The position numbers were made by a program, and so were the translations under genes. From a virus, in the IMG/VR virus record IMGVR_UViG_3300028571_000009: 64,000 nucleotides of DNA; one strand, 5' to 3'. This document shows, one piece after another, positions 58,482-64,000 of the stretch. Every line of letters begins with the position of its first letter. Position 1 is the first letter of the stretch. A model generated the notes under the pieces. The model worked only from the letters and a program-made list of their open reading frames with translations, did not search any database and was not told the DNA's origin.

Positions 58482-59807
58482 ATGCAAATTGATATCGAAG
58501 AAATATTACAGGAATGGGGCTATCGTTGTAGACGTGGATACCCGGTATATGGTGACAGCCAAGATATGGTTATTCTACGTGAGGTATTAGCCGAAATGAA
58601 TGTAGATGGTGCATTGGGTGATATCAATACTATTATACCAACACTAATATCAGAAGCGCCGTCAGCTATCACATTATATCCAAAAAGTTTAGTATCGAAG
58701 TTGACTGCTGCGGGTAAATTAGAAAAATTTACCGAATTCGTTAATAGTATACCGGGCGGAGATGCTCCGGCAAAGGTATCAGACGGTATTACTAGAATAT
58801 GTGCCAATAAATCATATGAAGACGTACTTGTTAAGTTATTTAAGGCCGGTAAATCATTAAAAGACTTGGTAAAAGTTAATCCGAGCGAAGGCGTTCCTGG
58901 GTTGTTATTCAATGTACGACCATCAGGTACTGGACCGGGTGAAGTACTTATATCATGGGTAATTGAGAATGCGGCCTTCCAAGGTGGCACTGTATCATAT
59001 GATATAGATTATGCCGGGGAACATTGGGAAGTAAAATCATTAGTTAAAGCTTCAGGAGGAAACGGTGCGGAACCGATAGACCCTGCCAATTATGGTAAGA
59101 TAAGCGGCCAAGCCGGTAAAAAACTTACACAACAACTTCAAGGATTTTTTGAGCATATAATTGACCCGTATTATGACAATAAGTTACGGGACGGTATAAT
59201 GGCACTTTCTGAGGACGCTACCGTTAAACATAAATTAGATGCGTTATTGATTGCACTAGAAAGTATGCCAAGAACTTCAGCTGATGGTAGTAGATTATTA
59301 TCGAGTTCAATCGGAGAAATGACATCGGTATTATTTAACAAATTTTACGTAGGGTTAAATGCTATGCACAAGTCGTTACCAGCATCAGTAAGAAATACTG
59401 CTAAGGCATCGAGAATAGCTGTGAAATCTAGCACGACCGACGCACAATTCTGGATAGACCCGAAAGATGCTGATGATATCACTAAAAATGCTGGAAAGGA
59501 TAAAGAGGTAGCAATTAAGGTCGGTACTGAAATCACCGACGAGAATAAAGAAGCGAAAATTTGGTTATCACATTTAATGAATAACCAATTCGTAAGAAAC
59601 CCAGAATCATTTATTACACAATTACGTGAAATACGTGATGGGTTTGCAGTCGGAAAGGCTGGTTTGATTTACATTACTAAAGGTAAGTTTAATCTAAGTA
59701 ATTCCATGGAGGATTTCTTCACTTCCGGAATCACACGTGGTACATATCGATTTAGCTTGAAAAATCAAAACAGATACGCAGGATATACATACGCTCAAGA
59801 ACAATAA
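58482..59807 (+). CDS. Putative PD-(D/E)xK nuclease-fold protein
   Basis: GTGPGEV...SYDID...WEVKS; acidic N-terminal segment EILQEWGYR...REVLAE. Confidence 0.55.
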   Translation: MQIDIEEILQEWGYRCRRGYPVYGDSQDMVILREVLAEMNVDGALGDINTIIPTLISEAPSAITLYPKSLVSKLTAAGKLEKFTEFVNSIPGGDAPAKVSDGITRICANKSYEDVLVKLFKAGKSLKDLVKVNPSEGVPGLLFNVRPSGTGPGEVLISWVIENAAFQGGTVSYDIDYAGEHWEVKSLVKASGGNGAEPIDPANYGKISGQAGKKLTQQLQGFFEHIIDPYYDNKLRDGIMALSEDATVKHKLDALLIALESMPRTSADGSRLLSSSIGEMTSVLFNKFYVGLNAMHKSLPASVRNTAKASRIAVKSSTTDAQFWIDPKDADDITKNAGKDKEVAIKVGTEITDENKEAKIWLSHLMNNQFVRNPESFITQLREIRDGFAVGKAGLIYITKGKFNLSNSMEDFFTSGITRGTYRFSLKNQNRYAGYTYAQEQ

Positions 59808-59808
59808 T

Positions 59809-59840
59809 CTTGGTAAGTATCATCTAATTACTTATATTAA
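59809..59840 (+). promoter_or_regulatory. Bacteroidota-type promoter of queD
   Basis: CTTG-N20-TATATTAA. Confidence 0.6.
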
Positions 59841-59845
59841 TCATT

Positions 59846-60322
59846 ATGGGACGTTACATTTCTACAAAAATATTCGACAATTATTCAGTATCATTACGCC
59901 AATGGAAAGCTCAACACTCGCATTGTCAGCTCAAACATGGCTACTCCATTAAGTTCAAGGTATGGTTTGCATCAGTAGAATCTGATGAGTCGAAACAACT
60001 CGATTCCATGGGTTGGATTTTGGATTATGGCGGATTCAAAACAAAACCGACAGGTAACGGTCTTAAGGACTGGATGAATTATATGTTCGACCATACGACC
60101 TTAATTGAAAAAGATGACCCGTATTTAGATATATTTCAACAAGAAGAACAAATGGGCTTATGCCATTTACGCGTTATGGAGAAAATGGGAGCAGAATCAT
60201 TAGCTAAATTAGTATTTGATAAATTTAATGATGTGTTATCAAAAACAGATGCCGGCCGCTGCAAGGTGATTAAGGTAGAATGTTTCGAAAATGACTCAAA
60301 TTCATCAATTTACGAAGAATAA
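59846..60322 (+). CDS. queD: 6-carboxytetrahydropterin synthase
   Basis: HSHCQLKHGY, DYGG, FDHT, AESLA, CFEN. Confidence 0.85.
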   Translation: MGRYISTKIFDNYSVSLRQWKAQHSHCQLKHGYSIKFKVWFASVESDESKQLDSMGWILDYGGFKTKPTGNGLKDWMNYMFDHTTLIEKDDPYLDIFQQEEQMGLCHLRVMEKMGAESLAKLVFDKFNDVLSKTDAGRCKVIKVECFENDSNSSIYEE

Positions 60323-60336
60323 TCATATTTATTAAT

Positions 60337-60876
60337 ATGAAACTTTCGAAAATTGTAAATGAGATTCTATTAGTTGAACGGGTATTAACTCTAATCACCC
60401 CGGACGATAGAAAAAAGTATTTAGATGTTGTATGGGATATTCTGCAGAAATCATACGAGAAAATCGGCGGGTTTAAATCAGTACCGAATAAAGAAGCTCT
60501 TATACCAGAAACAAATATTTGGAAGCTAGTACGTAAAGGTAATAAAATTGTCGCTGTCGGACTATATTCTAGTAAAAGTGGTAGAAAGTGTATAGGCTCA
60601 GGTACTGACGGGTCGCCTGAAGGTAAAGCTGCACTGTTACAAATGTGGCTAGATGATACTAAACAAAATAGGTCGTGGGGAGAAGTATCCGGGGCGGCTG
60701 AACATATCAAGTTAAAACAGGGCTATAAAGTTATACCGAATAAGTATGCATCTCAGATACTTAACAAAGACATATTGTCATTGAATCCAGACGGTGTACA
60801 TTACACGAGATATATTGGAGGAGCACCGCATGAAAAACTTCTAACGGGACACGTGGAGGGATTAAACTTGGAGTAA
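60337..60876 (+). CDS. Leader-bearing protein (possible GNAT-like fold)
   Basis: MKLSKIVNEILLVE; VWDILQKSYEKIGG...WKLVRK...GTDGS...WGEVSG. Confidence 0.55.
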   Translation: MKLSKIVNEILLVERVLTLITPDDRKKYLDVVWDILQKSYEKIGGFKSVPNKEALIPETNIWKLVRKGNKIVAVGLYSSKSGRKCIGSGTDGSPEGKAALLQMWLDDTKQNRSWGEVSGAAEHIKLKQGYKVIPNKYASQILNKDILSLNPDGVHYTRYIGGAPHEKLLTGHVEGLNLE

Positions 60877-60898
60877 TCAAATTAATTTCTTATCTTTA
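60867..60898 (+). promoter_or_regulatory. Bacteroidota-type promoter
   Basis: CTTG-N20-TATCTTTA. Confidence 0.55.
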
Positions 60899-61013
60899 TA
60901 GTATGAGCAAGATTTAAACCGAAAGGTTCCCGGGACGGTATTAGTTTGGCGACTCACATTTGTTCCGGGTTTTCTTTTTATTTAGATATTTATATGTAGC
61001 CAAATTAATACAT

Positions 61014-61847
61014 ATGAATTACCAAAGAATCTATAACCAGATAATAGAACGTGCCCAATCGGAGGTTAGTGAACGAATATTACATAAAAAGAATGGTGGA
61101 TATTACGAAGGACATCATATTATTCCGAGATGCATGGGCGGGGAGGGCGAATCTTGTAGTTGGCTACGTAAGGGGCAACATTATCGACATCCGAACATAG
61201 TAGGTCTAACTGCAAGAGAGCATTTTCTATGTCATTGGTTATTAATTAGAATATACACTGATAATCATAGTATAGCATATGCATTCAAAAATATGTGCAA
61301 AAACTATAACAAGAGTTACACAGATTTTGTTCCTTCAAGTAGAATGTATGCCGAAGCCCGCGCACATTTAAGTATGTTAGGGCACTCGCATATGACCAAG
61401 TTACGTATGTCTACTAGTAGGAAAAATATGTCTACCGAAAATAAGAGTAAAATAGCTCTAGCAGTGAGTTTAGCTCAAAAGGGTATTCCAAAAAGTACTG
61501 CGGTTTGTTCATACTGTGATGGTGAATTTGCCGTGAATATTATAGGTCGATATCATATGGATAATTGCAAGCACAAACCGGGTAATGAAGGCGTTATTCG
61601 TCATCATTCACCAGAACATCAAAATAATTTATTCGGACCAAAACCGATTGTTACCTGTCCACATTGTGCCAAGACCGGTGGCGCGAATAATATGTTTCGA
61701 TATCATTTTGATAAATGTCGAAATAAGCCCGGTAATGAATTATTAACACATAAATTAAAACGTATTGAATGTCCACATTGTTTAACATCTATAGGAGTTA
61801 ATCGTGTATGGAATCATTTTGATAATTGTAAACAAAATAAAAAATAA
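61014..61847 (+). mobile_element. Free-standing HNH homing endonuclease gene with Zn-ribbon repeats
   Basis: MNYQRIYNQII, EGHHIIPRCMGG, LTAREHFLCHWLL, three CxxC...H..NC repeats; real start 61014. Confidence 0.82.
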
Positions 61848-61851
61848 TAAG

Positions 61852-62442
61852 ATGTACAAGATTGTATATATACATGGGTTTGGGTCGTCGGGTGAATCTG
61901 AAAAGGCCCAATTATTACGTAAAGCATTTCCAAATGATAACGTGATATCTCCTAGTTTTTCAGCAAACCCATTAGTAGCCGTTAGTCAATTACACAAAAT
62001 TCTATCATCCGGTCCAGTCCCTACTATAGTAATAGGTACATCATTAGGTGGTTTCTATGCCACATATTTAGCCGTTAGATACGATGTTCCGGCATTTATT
62101 ATTAACCCTTCATTAGAGCCGCATATTACATTACAATCATACATAGGAAAGCATAAACGTTACGGTAATAGTACAGACACGGATTATGATTTTCAAGCAC
62201 CATATATAGACGAGCTTAAAAAGTTGTTTGATAAAATGCATGCATCTGATAAAGCCGGTAGTAATTTACATTTTTATCTATCTACCGATGATGATGTATT
62301 AACATACGAAAAGCTAGATACACTGTTTCCAAATAGACAGCACGTAAAAACCTTTAATAATTCCGGGCATAGGTTTTCCAAATTCTCAGAAATATTTCCG
62401 GATATTCAGAAAGCGTTAGATAAATTCCCAAAAAAGAAATAA
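61852..62442 (+). CDS. YqiA/UPF0227-like alpha/beta hydrolase
   Basis: YIHGFGSS, GTSLGG, INPS, DDVL, SGHRF; real start 61852. Confidence 0.85.
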   Translation: MYKIVYIHGFGSSGESEKAQLLRKAFPNDNVISPSFSANPLVAVSQLHKILSSGPVPTIVIGTSLGGFYATYLAVRYDVPAFIINPSLEPHITLQSYIGKHKRYGNSTDTDYDFQAPYIDELKKLFDKMHASDKAGSNLHFYLSTDDDVLTYEKLDTLFPNRQHVKTFNNSGHRFSKFSEIFPDIQKALDKFPKKK

Positions 62443-62474
62443 TTTGGTAAGGTAATTAATATTCCTTATATTTA
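62443..62474 (+). promoter_or_regulatory. Bacteroidota-type promoter
   Basis: TTTG-N20-TATATTTA. Confidence 0.65.
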
Positions 62475-62502
62475 GATATTGTTAATTTCAAATAAATAAG
62501 TT

Positions 62503-62745
62503 ATGAAAACTGTAAAAAAGGGTACTGAATACAAACGCGTATCAGACACCGAAGCCTACCATCTGGTAGAATTTAAGGGTTGGAACTTTGCTAGTAAAGA
62601 AGAATGGAAGAAAAATGTTAGAGACGAAGGTAAGGCCGCCCCAGTAACGGCGCCTGGTCAGGCTCCTGATAGAAATCCTACAACAGACACTCCGGTACCT
62701 GTTAAGGAAAAGAAACCGAAAAAGGATAAAAAAGACAAGAAATAG
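62503..62745 (+). CDS. Small basic hypothetical protein
   Basis: 80 aa, Lys-rich tail. Confidence 0.55.
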   Translation: MKTVKKGTEYKRVSDTEAYHLVEFKGWNFASKEEWKKNVRDEGKAAPVTAPGQAPDRNPTTDTPVPVKEKKPKKDKKDKK

Positions 62746-62750
62746 AGTTA

Positions 62751-62861
62751 ATGACGACAACGACTCGATTCCTAAAAAATTCTGAAACTAATGAAAAAGT
62801 TTCTTATATTGATATAGTAAAAAGTCGTGAACTACAAAAAAGACAATGGAAAACGGCATAA
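62751..62861 (+). CDS. Small 36-aa ORF not in the track
   Basis: MTTTTRFLKNSE...QWKTA*; fills the gap and ends 2 nt before the uvsE ATG. Confidence 0.45.
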   Translation: MTTTTRFLKNSETNEKVSYIDIVKSRELQKRQWKTA

Positions 62862-62863
62862 AG

Positions 62864-63772
62864 ATGACACGATTAGGGTATGCTTGCATTAATCTTTCAA
62901 TACCATGTTCACCGAGCTTGAATATGCGAAAGAATACGTTTTTATCTAAAGGAAAAGAATATGCCGGCGCTCTTGCACTAAACAACGTTAAGATGCTTAG
63001 CAAAATCTTCCAATGGAATGAGGATAATAATATCAGAGTGTATAGAATGTCATCTGACATGATTCCATGGATGTCAGAGTATGAGCTCAACGAGCTTCCA
63101 CAGTTTAACGAAATATCACCAGTACTATCAAGCGCAGGTGCTCTGGCAAGGAAATATGGGCACAGATTATCATTTCATCCCGGGCCATTCAACCAATTGG
63201 CATCTATGAAAAGTAATGTCGTAACTAGAACTATTAAGGAACTTAACCAGCACTCAGAGATAATGGACCTTATGGGGTTTCCTGCCAACCATATGACAAA
63301 AATTAACATACACGTAGGTAACGCTGCTGAGGGTAAGGCTGACGCAACCAATCGATTCTGTGAAAATTTTAAATTACTAAACGATGGTACGAAAAAACGA
63401 TTAGTGGTGGAGAATGATGACAAATCGGGCCTATATACTATGCAAGAATTATACGAGCTCGTTCACAAGAAAATAGGCGTACCACTAACTTTCGATTACC
63501 TCCACCACTATTGTAACCCGGGCACATTAACAGAAAAAGAAGCGCTAACGTTAGCCGTATCAACCTGGGGAGAAGTTACTCCATGTGCACATTACTCATC
63601 ATCAAAAAAGCTCTGCGAAGATAACACTGCTAAATTACTTTCTCACGCTGATTACGTTTACAATGTAATAGATACATACGGTTTTGACCTTGATATTGTC
63701 ATCGAAGCTAAAGCTAAGGATTTAGCTACATTGTCATACGTTAAAAAACATTCTAGTGTTCTTCTTAATTAA
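62864..63772 (+). CDS. uvsE: UV-damage endonuclease
   Basis: RLGYACIN, YRMSSD, SFHPG, NIHVG, VENDD, FDYLHH, HADY, IEAKAKD. Confidence 0.92.
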   Translation: MTRLGYACINLSIPCSPSLNMRKNTFLSKGKEYAGALALNNVKMLSKIFQWNEDNNIRVYRMSSDMIPWMSEYELNELPQFNEISPVLSSAGALARKYGHRLSFHPGPFNQLASMKSNVVTRTIKELNQHSEIMDLMGFPANHMTKINIHVGNAAEGKADATNRFCENFKLLNDGTKKRLVVENDDKSGLYTMQELYELVHKKIGVPLTFDYLHHYCNPGTLTEKEALTLAVSTWGEVTPCAHYSSSKKLCEDNTAKLLSHADYVYNVIDTYGFDLDIVIEAKAKDLATLSYVKKHSSVLLN

Positions 63773-63779
63773 GAAATGA

Positions 63780-63811
63780 TTTGGAAGTTAAAATAGAATT
63801 ACTTAAATTAG
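63780..63811 (+). promoter_or_regulatory. Bacteroidota-type promoter of queE
   Basis: TTTG-N20-TAAATTAG. Confidence 0.55.
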
Positions 63812-63829
63812 AGTTAAAATTAGAAGATT

Positions 63830-64000
63830 ATGGAGAATAATACATTGTTAGTTAGTAGCGCATTCTATTCGGTACAAGGCGAAGGTAAAACCGTCGGCGT
63901 TCCTGCATATTTCATAAGATTAGGTTTATGCAATCTATCGTGCGGAATGTCTAAGAAATTCATGAATCAATTAAAGAAAGATAAGTCTTTAGCTGATGGT
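63830..64000 (+). CDS. queE: 7-carboxy-7-deazaguanine synthase (radical SAM), 3' truncated by the window
   Basis: FYSVQGEGKTVGVPAYFIRLGLCNLSC; not in the ORF track. Confidence 0.85.
   Translation, partial: MENNTLLVSSAFYSVQGEGKTVGVPAYFIRLGLCNLSCGMSKKFMNQLKKDKSLADG

Noticed and set aside
422-62745. Genome-wide TAG reassignment as the explanation for the RNase H stop
   Set aside because: TAG ends genes normally at 424, 27388, 55263, 57573, 58457 and 62745, and long ORFs are intact under the standard code. Readthrough would also add 2 residues to the DGxN motif.
57552-62864. Track start codons 57552, 60960, 61804 and 62846
   Set aside because: They overlap upstream genes or regulatory elements. 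Downstream ATGs (57576, 61014, 61852, 62864) match family N-termini and A-rich start contexts.
819-63423. All minus-strand ORFs and short nested plus-strand ORFs in the track
   Set aside because: They lie within well-supported + strand genes, lack motifs and start context, and look like antisense shadows.
1-64000. tRNA, rRNA or tmRNA genes
   Set aside because: No cloverleaf or T-loop signature seen in the few intergenic gaps. A tRNAscan-SE or ARAGORN run would be decisive.

Overview
64 kb of a large AT-rich T4-like myovirus (probable jumbo phage). All credible genes are on the + strand and use the standard code. The host is probably Bacteroidota, inferred from TTTG-N19-21-TAnnTTTA promoters and A-rich start contexts without Shine-Dalgarno motifs. 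Gene order: portal C-terminus, head cluster (protease, scaffold, gp23-like capsid), PhoH, GH19 lysin, neck and tail completion, three tandem beta-helix paralogs, sheath, tube, assembly chaperone, tape measure, baseplate, then replication and nucleotide metabolism (PolA, gp32-like SSB, UvsX/RecA, RNase H/5'-3' exonuclease, gp41/DnaB helicase, class II RNR, thioredoxin, dUTPase), QueD, QueE and UvsE. Main observations: (1) the RNase H gene has an in-frame CTT-TAG-CTC inside its DG-x-N motif, at the foot of a perfect 13-bp GC-rich hairpin, a candidate programmed +6 stop-hop; (2) UvsX and the helicase are fractured genes with atypically split inteins (IntN 17 aa and 61 aa), each around a free-standing Vsr-like endonuclease; (3) about 17 small genes share a Glu-terminated N-terminal leader resembling a capsid-targeting signal, fused to varied cargo (ART, papain-like, ParB/Srx, HAD); (4) a +1/-2 slippery site in the tail assembly chaperone; (5) all five Vsr-like endonuclease genes have a TATTTAT motif in a hairpin that covers or abuts their start codon. 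All functional calls come from motif recognition by eye; no searches were run.
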